The position numbers were made by a program, and so were the translations under genes. The notes under the pieces are model-generated. The model was not told where the DNA came from, searched no databases, and was given only the letters and a program-made list of their open reading frames with translations. A stretch of 64,000 nt of DNA. It comes from a virus. The DNA is taken from the IMG/VR virus record IMGVR_UViG_3300022602_000033; one strand, 5' to 3'. The stretch's first letter is position 1, and every line of letters starts with the position of its first letter. This document shows positions 1 to 14,535 of the stretch, piece after piece.

Positions 1-3228
<3,228 letters not shown>

Positions 3229-3247
3229 TTATGGCTAGAGAACAGCA

Positions 3248-3697
3248 TCATTGATTGGCAGATTCTAGCACGCTTACGATCAGCTGTAGGTATCCGCTTG
3301 TGGTGGTGGCAGTGGGATCAGTGCCAGACACATACAGCTGATCACCTGTCTCCAGCACCAATTTACCTGCCAACATCAGCCTGCTGTCGTTGGTAGGGCA
3401 TGGAATGTCGTTCACTATGGTGGTAAACACAGGTGTCTGCACGATGTTGGGATTGTACGTGGTGACCAATCTATAGTGCCAAGCACTGGCACTGTAGGTA
3501 GTTCCTGAGCTGATGTTGGCTATCTGCATGTACAGTATGATGCCAGTGGTGCCAGGAGGAGCTGTGTATACCCAGTAGGTATTGGCTGGGTTACCGCTGG
3601 GAGGAGTTGGTGTGCCCGGTGGTATGGCAGTGTTTGGTGCCAGATACTGCACGTATGAGGTGACAGTCTTGAATGTGTTTAATGGAATACCGGCCAT
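3248..3697 (-). CDS. Putative virion structural protein
   Basis: 149-aa ORF (MAGIPLNTFKTVT...KLVLETGDQL) lying between two fibre genes on the same strand. Confidence 0.65.
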   Translation of the reverse strand: MAGIPLNTFKTVTSYVQYLAPNTAIPPGTPTPPSGNPANTYWVYTAPPGTTGIILYMQIANISSGTTYSASAWHYRLVTTYNPNIVQTPVFTTIVNDIPCPTNDSRLMLAGKLVLETGDQLYVSGTDPTATTTSGYLQLIVSVLESANQ

Positions 3698-3712
3698 GTT
3701 ATGCAGTCCTTG

Positions 3713-6700
3713 TCATTGTAGCGCCAGTATGTATGGCGTCATTATTGCGAACAGGCTCTTTTGGAAGGTGCGCCCGCTCAGTGTACCTGTGTTCTGATTT
3801 ATCACCAATTCAGGACCAATCCTGAAGTTGCCGAGATGGTCAGTGGTGGTATATGCTACCCTACCGCCGTTGGTCATCACCACTTCGTGCGTCTGGTCTG
3901 GTGGATTACCTGCCCTGCTGCTAGTGCGTGCTGGTATGCAGCTGGCGATGTCTGTGCCAGATCCCACATATTCCATGCAGTGGCTGCTGGTTATGATGCG
4001 GCTCACTTGGAACATGTGCATGAGTGAACCATCAGCTGGCGTGTAAGGCAAGTTCTCGTCCAGCGTGACTGTGCCTGTGGCATCACCATTGCTGGTGCCA
4101 TAGGTCACCGTGTAATAGATGGGATAGCCTATGGGTGTGGCCTGTGCTGTGGTCCCGCCTGGATTTTCCGGAGCGCTGAACACAAAGAAGTCGGGTTTGG
4201 CCAGATCCAATGCTGTGTATTGGCTACCACTCACGATCACAGCTACCTGTTCCACGTAGTAGGTTGGCGAACCCAGATATGTGCCACCGTCCAGCGCCAT
4301 CACTGGCTGTACCTGTGCGATTGTTCCACCCGCTAATATAAACGCTTGGTACTGTGCACTGTTGAGGTTGATGCTCACGCTAGGTGGTGACACATAACCG
4401 CTGCCGCTTACTGTGACATTGGCTGCCTGTATGTAATAATACAGCGTCTCAACATAGCATACCTGTCCCACATAGGGACGCACATAGCCTTGGCTTGGTG
4501 CAGCAGGATTGAACAGAGGTAGGTTGTTTACGTACCACAAGCCTGCATATCCGTTGGTGCTGTTGGTTGGTACCAGAGCATTGTCTATGTTGCAGGCATA
4601 CTGCTCATCGCTCATGCCGTCTGCCCAGAGGCCATAGTTGCCAAAGTCTGTGTTGGAATTGGTTATGCTGCAGGTTCCACCGCTCTGGCAGATCACGCCA
4701 ATGTTGCAGCAGATCTCAAAGATGGACACCAGCTGTGCATAGCCACCGTTCTTGATCACTATGCCGTTGCCGCCATGGTTCAGAGCGTTGGTATCATAGG
4801 TTCCCAAGGGCACTGGCACAGGCGTGTAACCTATCTCGTTGTACTGCGTGAACGCATCCAGCACCATGCTGTTGAGACCTTGGCCGCGATAGGGCAGCGT
4901 GCTCTTGAAGGGCACGAACGTGAACGGCCCACCCTGGCTGGTAAACACCAGATTGTACAATGGATAGGTTAGACCGGGGTTGCTCAGTGGGTAAGGCCAC
5001 GAAGTACCAGGCAGCGGGCCACCAAACTCTATGAGCCAGGCATTGTTGCCGTTCTGGCCATCGTAACCTGGCTTGTAGGTCACGCTGCTGATGGGCGTGC
5101 CAGGACCTGCAGTGTTGTACATGATGGGTGCAGCTCCTGCACCATTGCTGACGATCTCTTCCACGATGAGGAACAGCTGGTCCACATACTGTACCACCAC
5201 GTTGCCGCCTGTGAGAGTAGTGTCTATGACCTGTGCGATGTTGCTCTGATAGAGCGGAGCAGTCTGCGTGTTGTTCAGCACGTTCACAGCCAACTGGTTG
5301 GCATATTGGAACGCAGCCACTGTCTGAGGTATCTCACCTGGTATGCGCGAGGTATTACCGTCCCAGTAGAACAGCGCATCGGTCACGCTCTGAGCATTGC
5401 CCAGATGGTAGGTGTCATAGGTAATGGCATCCCAGAGATAGCCCACATCGCGATAGCACTGGCTCTGCAGCACATCGCTGTTGAGAGTGCTAGGAAACAC
5501 CGAGTTAACATAGGCCACCACTTCGGCCTGTGCAAAGGTCCTGTTGCTGTTCATCAGCGTCTGACCGTTGGCCAGAGGATTCACACTGGGACTGTTCTGT
5601 ATGATCTCCAGCACTATGTTGTAGTTGGTAGCTATGGCAGTCACAGCAATGGCACCAGTGTTTCCCAGATAGGTATAAAACACCTGTGGCACGCCGGGAT
5701 CATAGATAGGGCTGAAGTTGGTGTTTGTGACCACGGTCTGTGCTATCTGGCTGGCGAATGCTATGCCTGCCACACAGATTGCTATGCTGCTGGGAGGCAG
5801 CACGCTCACTGGACCGTTTGCTGTCTCTGTCCAGAAATATTCGCCCGCTTGCAGAGCAAGATCGTAGTTGCTGGCCAAAAGGTCGCGGTACACTGCATCA
5901 GTGATGTAACCGATGTCTCGGGCGCTGGTGCTGCTCACAGGATAGGCAAATTCTGCAGCCATGTATGCCACTACCTGGGCCTGTATGAATGGTATGTTGG
6001 CTCGCAGCAGCGTGGCTGCATTCACAAATCCAGGCCTTGCGGGATTCTCCAGATACCATCCGCTGACCACGGTGTCGCCGAATCCAGGACTGGTGTTGTT
6101 CAATATTATCGCGCTGGTGCTGGTCAGCACGTTGTCAAAGGTGTACACATCAACTGTGTTGTAATCAAACTCATCCAGCGAGAATGTGTAGGCTGGGTTA
6201 CCGTCTATGCTGGTGGTACCCACGCTGGTGACCACAGCAGGACTGCCTTCTATACCGCTCTGCAGCAACCAACCAACGTCAACGTTGCCACTCCACGTGG
6301 GCGAATATACCTGATAGAACACTGCGGTGTTACCGCTGGTCCATGACGTCACGGTGTCCACAGTGACGTTACCAAAATCTGGTGAGCTGAGCTTGCGTCC
6401 GCGCACACCGTCAACTATCATGCCTGTGCCAGCCTCGCTGATCTGCACGTTGCCCTGATACTGCCCCAGCGTGATGCTGCTGCAGTTCTGCACGTAGGGC
6501 GATGCCCAATCGTGCAGTTCATGTATCACGGTGGTACCGTTTTCAGGGAATTGCACAGCTGCAGCAGGATACTGATGCCCTCGGAAGGTCATGCCATAGA
6601 GGTAAGTCTTGGGGTTGAGCCAGAAAATGTCCTGCGTGGGATTCTGAGGTGCCACCGTGACAGAACGCAGGTTGTCACCGAACACAGTGATGCCGCTGTG

Positions 6701-7888
6701 TACCAGTATGGGATTGGGCTCTAGATAGTCGCCTGCACGCACATATATGGTGGCATAGATCCAAGGTGTGCTGGGATTGGCTATGAGCTGAGCAGCTGCG
6801 CTGCAAGCGCTGGCAATGGTGCGCTTGGCACGATCTTCGCTGAGACCTGTGTTGGCATCATCACCGTCCACTGTGACATACATCACGCCTGTGACATGTG
6901 GAGCAGTCCTATAGGCTATGCCGCCCACATAGAGATCGTTGCTGACATAGACGCCGCCGTCCACAGGAGTCTGCAGCGTGAGGTTAGCAGTTGCCAGCCT
7001 ATTGCGTATGACATCGTTGACTATCTGCGTGTTCTGGCTGGTGATGGCATTGACGTTGAGCACGTTGTCTGTGCCCCAGGTAAACAAGCTGCTGCCACCA
7101 AACACGTTGCCGCCAGCATTGAACTGCACCGAACGCACGGGCGGAGCAGGTATACCTATGCCAGTTGGACCAGTTACGCCAGTGGGACCCGTGATGCCTG
7201 TGGGACCAGTTGGTCCTGTTGGCCCAGTATAGCCTGTGGGACCTGTGGGACCTGTCTCGCCAGTGGGTCCTGTGGGGCCTGTTTCACCGGTGGGTCCTGT
7301 GGGACCTGTGGTCACAGATGTGGGACCAGTGGGGCCTGTGATCGTGGAAGTGGGACCAGTTGGTCCAGGTATGCCAGGGAATCCCTGCTGTCCGGGCACG
7401 CCCATCAAACCTACTGGACCAGTGGCACCTGTGGGACCATTGGCTGGGCCTGTGGGACCAGTTATGGTGCTTGCAGCACCAGTGGGACCTGTTGGGCCCA
7501 CTGGATACCAGTTGGTGCTGTTGAAATACTCTATGGTGTTGGTATCTGTGTTATAGCGTATCTGCCCTATGACTGGATTGGGTCGCTGGCTGCTGTCACC
7601 TACTGGCAGCACCACAGCGCTGGTACCAGGAAAGGTGAGCTGATAGTTTTGATCGCTGGTCTGGAACTGGGTTACTAGTGTAACACTGCCTGTGGCGAGA
7701 TTGCCCGGCAATGGCGTGTAAACTGGACCTGTGATACCTATCGTGCTAGCTTGTAGCCCGCTGATGGCCACATTTGCAGCGATGAAATTCTGCTGGATGG
7801 CAGCGAAATTGTCCCTGAAGCCTTGGCTGTCATTGTCCTGATTGGCTACGGGAAACTGTGCATTAATGGTGTTGGGGTCTATGGCCAT
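3713..7888 (-). CDS. Large tail fibre/structural protein with a collagen segment and a pectin-lyase-like beta-helix region
   Basis: N-terminal [17 protein letters not shown] motif, GPT repeats, YVTVDGDD...TIYVRAGDY...GDNLRSV segment and two RD(I/V)GY helical repeats. Confidence 0.75.
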   Translation of the reverse strand: MAIDPNTINAQFPVANQDNDSQGFRDNFAAIQQNFIAANVAISGLQASTIGITGPVYTPLPGNLATGSVTLVTQFQTSDQNYQLTFPGTSAVVLPVGDSSQRPNPVIGQIRYNTDTNTIEYFNSTNWYPVGPTGPTGAASTITGPTGPANGPTGATGPVGLMGVPGQQGFPGIPGPTGPTSTITGPTGPTSVTTGPTGPTGETGPTGPTGETGPTGPTGYTGPTGPTGPTGITGPTGVTGPTGIGIPAPPVRSVQFNAGGNVFGGSSLFTWGTDNVLNVNAITSQNTQIVNDVIRNRLATANLTLQTPVDGGVYVSNDLYVGGIAYRTAPHVTGVMYVTVDGDDANTGLSEDRAKRTIASACSAAAQLIANPSTPWIYATIYVRAGDYLEPNPILVHSGITVFGDNLRSVTVAPQNPTQDIFWLNPKTYLYGMTFRGHQYPAAAVQFPENGTTVIHELHDWASPYVQNCSSITLGQYQGNVQISEAGTGMIVDGVRGRKLSSPDFGNVTVDTVTSWTSGNTAVFYQVYSPTWSGNVDVGWLLQSGIEGSPAVVTSVGTTSIDGNPAYTFSLDEFDYNTVDVYTFDNVLTSTSAIILNNTSPGFGDTVVSGWYLENPARPGFVNAATLLRANIPFIQAQVVAYMAAEFAYPVSSTSARDIGYITDAVYRDLLASNYDLALQAGEYFWTETANGPVSVLPPSSIAICVAGIAFASQIAQTVVTNTNFSPIYDPGVPQVFYTYLGNTGAIAVTAIATNYNIVLEIIQNSPSVNPLANGQTLMNSNRTFAQAEVVAYVNSVFPSTLNSDVLQSQCYRDVGYLWDAITYDTYHLGNAQSVTDALFYWDGNTSRIPGEIPQTVAAFQYANQLAVNVLNNTQTAPLYQSNIAQVIDTTLTGGNVVVQYVDQLFLIVEEIVSNGAGAAPIMYNTAGPGTPISSVTYKPGYDGQNGNNAWLIEFGGPLPGTSWPYPLSNPGLTYPLYNLVFTSQGGPFTFVPFKSTLPYRGQGLNSMVLDAFTQYNEIGYTPVPVPLGTYDTNALNHGGNGIVIKNGGYAQLVSIFEICCNIGVICQSGGTCSITNSNTDFGNYGLWADGMSDEQYACNIDNALVPTNSTNGYAGLWYVNNLPLFNPAAPSQGYVRPYVGQVCYVETLYYYIQAANVTVSGSGYVSPPSVSINLNSAQYQAFILAGGTIAQVQPVMALDGGTYLGSPTYYVEQVAVIVSGSQYTALDLAKPDFFVFSAPENPGGTTAQATPIGYPIYYTVTYGTSNGDATGTVTLDENLPYTPADGSLMHMFQVSRIITSSHCMEYVGSGTDIASCIPARTSSRAGNPPDQTHEVVMTNGGRVAYTTTDHLGNFRIGPELVINQNTGTLSGRTFQKSLFAIMTPYILALQ

Positions 7889-7915
7889 GGGTGCTGATCA
7901 TCCGAAATCTGCGTG

Positions 7916-7976
7916 TATTTAGCGTATGGCACTATAGGCCTATTACACCTAAGATCGCGTGCATGGTCTATAAATA
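7916..7976. promoter_or_regulatory. Divergent pair of T4-late-like promoter boxes
   Basis: TAAATA on the minus strand (7916-7921) before the 1391-aa gene; perfect TATAAATA on the plus strand (7969-7976) before phoH. Confidence 0.6.
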
Positions 7977-8003
7977 TTAGCGGTCAAAACCAGGGAGGAC
8001 CAT

Positions 8004-8765
8004 TTGGCTAAACGTGCGCGTCGCTCTGCGTATCGAGCGAACAATGAGAATAACTTCTACAAGCACACAGAAACACAGCATGGAAACGTGGTAAGGATAG
8101 AACAGTTCCATCGAAGTCCCCAACAGCGGCAGCGAATTAGGCTGCTGCCCAAGAACCTAGCCCAGGAAGCTTACATAGAAGCACTGGAAGATCCCTCAAT
8201 CAACATGGTATTCGCACTAGGCTACGCTGGCTCCGGCAAGACGTATATTGCCACGGTGCATGCCATACAGCAGCTGCAGTCTCGTGCAGTGAGCAAGGTG
8301 GTTATAACCAGACCTAACATAGCTGTTGATGACAAGGACATAGGTTTCTTACCGGGCGACATAGTTAAAAAGATGGGCCCATGGATCAAACCAGTGTTGG
8401 ATGTGTTCGAAGAATACTACAGCATGAAAGAGATCGCTCACATGATAGAGGAGGGTACCATAGAGCTGGTACCGGTGGCCTATCTGCGTGGACGGACCTT
8501 CAAGAACGCTGTGGTGATACTGGACGAAGCACAGAACACCACCCGCAACAGCATGCTTAGCGCACTCACACGCATAGGTGAGGGCACCAAGATGATCATA
8601 ACCGGCGACGTACGCCAGAGTGATCGTGGCAAGGATAATGGCTTAACTGACTTTATCGCTCGCTTTGACGGCACTCCCAGCATAGCAGTCTGCCATTTTG
8701 ACAAGGACAGCGTGGAACGCCATCCTGTGATCACTGACATATTGCGCATGTACGGCGAAGAATAA
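8004..8765 (+). CDS. phoH: PhoH-like ATPase
   Basis: Walker A GYAGSGKT, GFLPG, YLRGRTF, ILDEAQN, GDVRQSD and RHP motifs. Confidence 0.93.
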   Translation: MAKRARRSAYRANNENNFYKHTETQHGNVVRIEQFHRSPQQRQRIRLLPKNLAQEAYIEALEDPSINMVFALGYAGSGKTYIATVHAIQQLQSRAVSKVVITRPNIAVDDKDIGFLPGDIVKKMGPWIKPVLDVFEEYYSMKEIAHMIEEGTIELVPVAYLRGRTFKNAVVILDEAQNTTRNSMLSALTRIGEGTKMIITGDVRQSDRGKDNGLTDFIARFDGTPSIAVCHFDKDSVERHPVITDILRMYGEE

Positions 8766-8798
8766 ACACTCACTGCTGCGGCATGGATAAATATTTCC

Positions 8799-9311
8799 AT
8801 GCCGCACATTCACGACAGCAAATCAGCACAGGAAGCAGTAAACAGGATATCCGATTCTGAGGACCTAACTGACATCCTCATTGACATAGAGAACTATCTG
8901 GACAGCAACAATCTCTATGTTTACAAGAACTGGATACAAGGCGAAGTGGTCGCAGGACCATTCACCAAGCCCTACTGGATCAAGATCACCCTCAAGTATC
9001 CCTACAAGCAGATGCCAGACCCAGAAGGCGGCTTGCGCCTCATACAGCATGGTACTAAAATAAACTTTCGCTTGGCAGAAGAAGAAGTTCCCGTGAAAGT
9101 CAAGAGCGAAAGCGACTATCAACCAGGTACCAAGAAGCCCAAGATGAAGAAAGAAAAGATCTGGTTGATCGACATGCTGATACCTCGCAAGTTCGTGCGT
9201 AATCTCGACAAAGAAGTGCTTGATCAATACGAGGAAGAAGTCGATACGGACACTGTAGATGATGCCGAAGCAGAAGGCATTGATGCTGAGAAGGCAGTGA
9301 AACAGCAATGA
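8799..9311 (+). CDS. Phage hypothetical protein
   Basis: 170-aa ORF with an MPDPEGGLRL motif; TAAATA 5 nt upstream of the ATG. Confidence 0.7.
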   Translation: MPHIHDSKSAQEAVNRISDSEDLTDILIDIENYLDSNNLYVYKNWIQGEVVAGPFTKPYWIKITLKYPYKQMPDPEGGLRLIQHGTKINFRLAEEEVPVKVKSESDYQPGTKKPKMKKEKIWLIDMLIPRKFVRNLDKEVLDQYEEEVDTDTVDDAEAEGIDAEKAVKQQ

Positions 9312-10126
9312 GCAAGCTCACAGAAGGTCTAACTCGCCATGCGCTGGAACATCTGGTCATGCCCATGGTCACCATTGACGAGTTTGAGAGCAAGATTGAC
9401 GATCGCCGAGTGGTGGTCACTGGTTTCTATGTGACTGATCAGGATCCTGCAGTGGATCTCAGCATATTCATAGAAAAAAGCAGCATACGCCCGCTGGACA
9501 CCGAAGTCAGCCCTGCTCCCACAGATGATGGCTACTATCTGGTGTTTGTGGAGATGACGCGCAACGAAGAGTTTCCCACCAGAGTGGTACAGATGTGCGA
9601 GCAGGTCAGCAACCTAACCAACACCAAGAAATGGCAGTTCCATCCCTACGGTGAACCCGAAGGCGAGTTCCATGATCTCACAGAGGACAACATACGCAGA
9701 TATGTGAACCTCGATCCAAGCAAGGTCGAAGTCACAGACGAACCAGACACAGAAAAGCCTGGTCCGCAAGCACAAGTAAGCGAGCCAGCACCAAAAGCTC
9801 AAGGCGAACCAGCCACAGTTGCCGAACCCACAGCAGAAAGCATCGGAGCATTCTTTGCCAACAGCTTGGTAGAGAACGTGGAAGTGCGAGGCAAATGGCT
9901 GCGCATCACCAACGCTGGACAGCAGCGAATATATAAGATCAACGATTATCGCAGCGGGGCTTATGCTGCCATGCCAGTGTTTGGATTGGACATTGGCAAT
10001 CCAGTGCTGCGTGAAAGCATCGCGCTGCAGAGGTTGCTGGGTTCTGAGTATTATGTGGACTGCGCCGACGATCATGTGACCATTTCGGACGGCGATAACC
10101 ACCTGATCTTAGCGGTTGACGCCTAA
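9308..10126 (+). CDS. Phage hypothetical protein
   Basis: 272-aa ORF, ATGA-coupled to the upstream gene. Confidence 0.7.
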   Translation: MSKLTEGLTRHALEHLVMPMVTIDEFESKIDDRRVVVTGFYVTDQDPAVDLSIFIEKSSIRPLDTEVSPAPTDDGYYLVFVEMTRNEEFPTRVVQMCEQVSNLTNTKKWQFHPYGEPEGEFHDLTEDNIRRYVNLDPSKVEVTDEPDTEKPGPQAQVSEPAPKAQGEPATVAEPTAESIGAFFANSLVENVEVRGKWLRITNAGQQRIYKINDYRSGAYAAMPVFGLDIGNPVLRESIALQRLLGSEYYVDCADDHVTISDGDNHLILAVDA

Positions 10127-10143
10127 TCAAAACCTGCTATACT
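10116..10143 (+). promoter_or_regulatory. sigma70-type promoter
   Basis: TTGACG-N16-TATACT with TGC immediately before the -10 box. Confidence 0.6.
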
Positions 10144-10160
10144 GGCATGATAACAGGGAC

Positions 10161-10709
10161 ATGCCAATGACAAATAAACGCTATCTCAGCTACGCAGACG
10201 TAAATTCACAAGTATTATCAATAGCTCAGCAGATAACCACAGATGGCTGGAAGCCAGATTATGTGGTTGGACTTACTCGTGGTGGTTTGCTGCCTGCCGT
10301 GTTGCTAAGTCATTGGTTTAATGTGCCTTGTCACACACTTAAGGTCAGTTTACGCGACGATGGCGCAGAAAACGAAAGCAACTGGTGGATGAGCGAAGAC
10401 GCTTTTGGGTATGATGAGCAGTTCCCTACCGAAGGCAACCCGCCCAAAAAGATTCTAATCGTAGACGACATCAACGATACTGGCGCAACTTTGGAATGGA
10501 TCAAAAGTGATTGGCGCAGCACTTGCTTGCCTGATAATCCAAACTGGGATCACGTGTGGCACAACAACGTGCGTTTCGCTGTGCTGGTAAACAATCTTGC
10601 CAGCGAGACCAAGGTTGATTATGCAGCCATGGAGATCAACAAGGCTGAGAATGATCAATGGTTGGAGTTCCCCTATGAAAATTGGTGGGTTACTGCCACA
10701 TCACAATGA
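10161..10709 (+). CDS. Purine phosphoribosyltransferase (Gpt/Hpt-like, type I PRTase)
   Basis: VVGLTRGGL and the PRPP-binding motif ILIVDDINDTGAT; C-terminal FPYE. Start moved to ATG 10161, downstream of the promoter and SD. Confidence 0.85.
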   Translation: MPMTNKRYLSYADVNSQVLSIAQQITTDGWKPDYVVGLTRGGLLPAVLLSHWFNVPCHTLKVSLRDDGAENESNWWMSEDAFGYDEQFPTEGNPPKKILIVDDINDTGATLEWIKSDWRSTCLPDNPNWDHVWHNNVRFAVLVNNLASETKVDYAAMEINKAENDQWLEFPYENWWVTATSQ

Positions 10710-10987
10710 ATTTGGCAGCAGCTAATACTGTTGTTAAACTACAGAGCCGGGATGTTCCGGTAACCCTTCTAAAGCATAAGAGAAAACCAGAGATGGAAAA
10801 GAGACACGATATCAAGCAACGCCAACTTGATGGCAAGTGGGTAGTTTGGACTCAGGTGGACGATCCCGAAGCAGATTTGGACTATTATCGCAAGAGCGGA
10901 TTGCCTATCCCACAGCGTTGGGTTCCCATCGCAGTGGAAAACACTGAGGAAGATGCCAGAGCAGCCAGCCGTCGCAGCCGCATCTAA
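10706..10987 (+). CDS. Hypothetical protein (alternative start 10793)
   Basis: ATGA overlap with the PRTase stop; followed by a terminator. Confidence 0.5.
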   Translation: MNLAAANTVVKLQSRDVPVTLLKHKRKPEMEKRHDIKQRQLDGKWVVWTQVDDPEADLDYYRKSGLPIPQRWVPIAVENTEEDARAASRRSRI

Positions 10988-11000
10988 TATCGCGTTACTC

Positions 11001-11030
11001 AGAGGTGGGCTCAGTCCCACCTCTTTTCTT
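11001..11030 (+). terminator. Rho-independent terminator
   Basis: AGAGGTGGG-ctcagt-CCCACCTCT hairpin followed by TTTCTT, between convergent genes. Confidence 0.8.
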
Positions 11031-11032
11031 GA

Positions 11033-11263
11033 CTATATTCTGGGAATCTTACCGTCGCTGCGGGCCACAGGCGGATAACCATCGCGAGTGACCTTGATCT
11101 TGAACTTGGCAGCCTGACGTGGGATCTCATCCACACCCACATCCGGAGTGGTGTTCACGCCCTTGACTATCTTGCCCACGCCAGCCTCCGTGAAGAAAGC
11201 ATAGCTAGACTGATCATCAGCTAGCCTTATGGGGTGATTTGTATCCAGATCCGCGAGCCTCAT
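11033..11263 (-). CDS. Small hypothetical protein
   Basis: 76-aa ORF; TAAATA at 11269-11274, 5 nt before the ATG. Confidence 0.6.
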   Translation of the reverse strand: MRLADLDTNHPIRLADDQSSYAFFTEAGVGKIVKGVNTTPDVGVDEIPRQAAKFKIKVTRDGYPPVARSDGKIPRI

Positions 11264-11280
11264 GGCGATATTTAGTGATA

Positions 11281-12345
11281 TCAGCTGCGCAGATTCTTGG
11301 CGATGAAATCTTCGATCAATTCCATGTTGTTCTGCAGGCGTTTATCGTTTGGTAACTTGTCCAGTGCCAGCTTGGCCTGTGCCAGAGATTCATCATAGAG
11401 CTTGAGGTTCCAAGCTGCGATGCTGAGCAGATCATGTGGTTGCCATCCCCAGGCTTCAGGTGTGCAAGTGTAATCCATGGGATGCTTGGTTACCTTGAGA
11501 GCACGATGCGCGTAGTCATAGCAGTTCTTCCAATCAGCAGCTTCGTAGTAGTGTTGTGCCAATGCTACCAGAGGTTCACGATGAGTTGGCACTTCATAGG
11601 CAGCTTGCTTGAGCCAGAACAGCTTGTTCTCGGGTTCAGCTTGTGCCAGCGTGGTCAGTGCTTGGCAACGCTCCACGGTGTCGTAGCTCATGCCAAGGAA
11701 TTCCTTGTAGGTGGCAGCACACTTGTCCCAGATCTTTTGGTAAGCATATTCGCGACCAAGATAGGCTTTGATGCGTGAATCATGCGGCCATTCTCTCACG
11801 CTTTCTTCCAACAGCGATAGGTCGCCGCTCTTGCTCTTGGGATCTGGAAAGTGATGTATCTGAAAATCGTCAGTGAAAGTGTGAACTTCAGGTAATCGGC
11901 TGACCAGTCCTTCGTGTGTGGCTCCCATCCAGCGATAGCCCTTGCGACTGTGTATGCGATCACCATACCATTGGCGGCCCGGAGTGCCATCTGCGTTCCA
12001 GTTCCAGATGTATGGATAGCGCAGCCTCGTGGTCTCTGGCTTCCAAGCTGCTTCTAACTTGTCGCGCCAACCAGGTGTCAATCTCTCGTCTGTGTCCAGG
12101 CGTATGCACACATCTATGTCGTCTGGTACCAGGTACATGGCAGTGTTGAACGCATCGTCAAAGCGCCAGGGTACGATACGAACATCTGTGACTTGTACTC
12201 CAAGCTCCAACATCTTTTCCTTGGTGCCATCAGTGCTACCAGTGTCAGCCACGCATATGATGTCGGCATCACAGCAGCTATCATACCAGGGTTGCACGTG
12301 GTGAATTTGGTTCTTGGTTGGTCCGTAAATTGCTATGCGCATCAT
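11281..12345 (-). CDS. GT2-family glycosyltransferase with C-terminal TPR-like helices
   Basis: KNQ...DTGSTDGT, PWRFDDAFN, DxD (LDTDE) and HE motifs; helical repeats at the C-terminus. Start at 12345 (ATGA overlap). Confidence 0.88.
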   Translation of the reverse strand: MMRIAIYGPTKNQIHHVQPWYDSCCDADIICVADTGSTDGTKEKMLELGVQVTDVRIVPWRFDDAFNTAMYLVPDDIDVCIRLDTDERLTPGWRDKLEAAWKPETTRLRYPYIWNWNADGTPGRQWYGDRIHSRKGYRWMGATHEGLVSRLPEVHTFTDDFQIHHFPDPKSKSGDLSLLEESVREWPHDSRIKAYLGREYAYQKIWDKCAATYKEFLGMSYDTVERCQALTTLAQAEPENKLFWLKQAAYEVPTHREPLVALAQHYYEAADWKNCYDYAHRALKVTKHPMDYTCTPEAWGWQPHDLLSIAAWNLKLYDESLAQAKLALDKLPNDKRLQNNMELIEDFIAKNLRS

Positions 12346-13412
12346 GCTTGTTCCTTGATCTTGCCCTGCATCCACTGCAGATTGGTCTTTAATCTATCGT
12401 CAGTTGGTGCCATATCAACTGCCTGTTGGCACCATAATGCTGCCTTGGTATACCAGCCTAGGTTAGCAGCAGCTATGCTGCCAAAGTCCAGCAGCTGATT
12501 ACCCCAAGCATCTGCGTTGTCCAGATAGCTGTGGTCTCGCCTGCTCTTGTCCATGCCGCTGCCTGCAGCCCACAGCAATCCGTGCCAATCTTGGCAATTA
12601 TAATAGTACCGTGCTAGCTCTAACCAGACTTGCCTGCGCTCCGGGCTGCATATCAGTGCCCGCTGTATGTATTCAAGCTTGCGGCTATCGCTCATCCTGC
12701 TGATGTAGATCATGGCTTCTGAACGCTCTATCGGCCATCTGCTGGTCTCTAGATCCAGATAACGATTGAGTTCAGCCACAGCCTCTGCATGCTTGTTGGC
12801 ATACATCAGCTCTCGACCATACCAGAAGCTGAGCTGGCTGTCTGTGGGATCTTCTGTGGTAGCTATGGCCATCAGAGGCAGATAATTGCCGCGTGTGGGC
12901 TTGCTGCGATCCTGTATCTGGTTCAGCATTATGCTGAGATCTTCGGCTATGTTCTCGTAACCCAGCGTGCTGAACACAGTCTCATGCACAGGACGTCGCC
13001 ATTGGTAACCAATCCTTGCATGTATCTTGTCCATGCGATAACCATCATTGGGTCCGCCATCTCTGTAATCAAACACATAGGTGTAGGCCAAACGTGTGGT
13101 CTCGTTCATACGCCACGCTGCTTCCATCTTGGCTCGCCAACCTGCGGCGAGAAACTCGTCCATGTCTTGGCTGATGCAGATGTCAGTGTCGCTGGGCAAG
13201 CAGGCTAGTGCAGCATTGCGAGCATGATCAAAGCGCCACGGATCAAAACGCTGTTCGAACACTGTGACACCCAGCTCTCTGAGCTTCTCAACAGTGCCGT
13301 CAGTGCTGCCAGTGTCCAGCACCACGCGATAATCTGCATCTGAGACGCTGTTGGCCCAGCGCTCGCAGTGCTTGATCTCGTTTAATGCCACCGTATAAAC
13401 GCCTATCTTCAT
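12342..13412 (-). CDS. GT2-family glycosyltransferase with TPR-like helices (paralogue of the previous gene)
   Basis: LNE...LDTGSTDGT, PWRFDHARN, DMDE and PVHE motifs. Confidence 0.9.
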   Translation of the reverse strand: MKIGVYTVALNEIKHCERWANSVSDADYRVVLDTGSTDGTVEKLRELGVTVFEQRFDPWRFDHARNAALACLPSDTDICISQDMDEFLAAGWRAKMEAAWRMNETTRLAYTYVFDYRDGGPNDGYRMDKIHARIGYQWRRPVHETVFSTLGYENIAEDLSIMLNQIQDRSKPTRGNYLPLMAIATTEDPTDSQLSFWYGRELMYANKHAEAVAELNRYLDLETSRWPIERSEAMIYISRMSDSRKLEYIQRALICSPERRQVWLELARYYYNCQDWHGLLWAAGSGMDKSRRDHSYLDNADAWGNQLLDFGSIAAANLGWYTKAALWCQQAVDMAPTDDRLKTNLQWMQGKIKEQA

Positions 13413-13413
13413 A

Positions 13414-14073
13414 TCAGTCCCTTACCATGCGATAGCGCATGCCCTTTTGTAATTTAACTGGAATCTGCTTGGTCATCATATTTGTTGTGAGGAATAATTC
13501 GCTGCAGAAGTCTACGCCATCCACGCTATAAAGCCAAGGTATCCTCGAGAACGTCTCGCCATAGTCTCGCATCACGTGCATGCTGCCATAGCCAAACTGA
13601 TCGTTGTGTGCCACGTACCATGTGCCGCGATGCTGGAAGTTATGGCCGCTGAGTCCCGGATCGTCTGGCACAGTCAGTCCATCAAACGGTTCCAGCACAA
13701 ACTGATCGCAGTGCCAGTCAAAGCGGGCACGAGCCACATAGTCATAGGTCAGGCGATTGTGCCAAGCATGCCGGTCTGCTAGCTGAAGGCTCTGACCTAT
13801 GCTGTACCACATGCTGAGCACGTTGCGCGGTTCAGACCTATAGGCCCAGATCCTGTCCTTGTACATGCTGGTATCAAAGTCTCGCTGAGATTCAATGATC
13901 ATTGCTCTGGGAGCATACGCACTGCTGATCCAGTTGCGAGACAGCTCTTGCTGATCTGACCACGCATGCACGAACACGTCGGTGTCATGCTGATCTATCA
14001 ATCGACGCCAGCTCTCAGTGCTGACTTCAGTGATGCGAGGTAGGCCCGCAAAGCACAGTGCTAGCCTTGCCAT
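13414..14073 (-). CDS. Putative glycosyltransferase-like protein
   Basis: ALCFAGLPR...DVFVHAW...SMWYS...YDYVARARFD...NDQFGYG pattern typical of polysaccharide-locus proteins. Start moved to 14073. Confidence 0.55.
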   Translation of the reverse strand: MARLALCFAGLPRITEVSTESWRRLIDQHDTDVFVHAWSDQQELSRNWISSAYAPRAMIIESQRDFDTSMYKDRIWAYRSEPRNVLSMWYSIGQSLQLADRHAWHNRLTYDYVARARFDWHCDQFVLEPFDGLTVPDDPGLSGHNFQHRGTWYVAHNDQFGYGSMHVMRDYGETFSRIPWLYSVDGVDFCSELFLTTNMMTKQIPVKLQKGMRYRMVRD

Positions 14074-14534
14074 GCCCGCAGCCGGTTCACATAATCGCTG
14101 CAGAAACCGTACCAATGCCAGCTGCGTACCATGTCTTCAATCTCCGGCCATTCATAGGTAGCTTCTGGCATCACGCACACGCTCATGGGACTCACGGTCT
14201 CTGGCTTGCCAAAATAGGTCCACACAATGTTGGTGCTGGTTAATGTAATGAGATCGCTCTCATGCCAGAAGAAGTTGTAGTGATGTTTCTGGCTGCGCAG
14301 TGCAAACAGTGCATCAAGATTCTTGCAGTGTATCCACAATCCTTTTTGTTGTAGGTAATCAAACGCTATCTCATGTTCTGGACCATCATGCCCCAGCACC
14401 CACTTGTTGTCTATGCGCCATAGATCAATCTCTGCTTCGAACCCGTGATCCAGGGCTTTGACGATCTGAGCAGGATCGTTCTGCATCTTTGTGTCTGGAC
14501 CGTCCATCAACCCTCGATGTGCTATGAATCTCAT
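14061..14534 (-). CDS. GDPD/PLC-like phosphodiesterase-fold protein
   Basis: IAHRG, EIDLW, LGHD, WIHCKN and CSDY motifs. Confidence 0.75.
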   Translation of the reverse strand: MRFIAHRGLMDGPDTKMQNDPAQIVKALDHGFEAEIDLWRIDNKWVLGHDGPEHEIAFDYLQQKGLWIHCKNLDALFALRSQKHHYNFFWHESDLITLTSTNIVWTYFGKPETVSPMSVCVMPEATYEWPEIEDMVRSWHWYGFCSDYVNRLRAWQG

Positions 14535-14535
14535 G

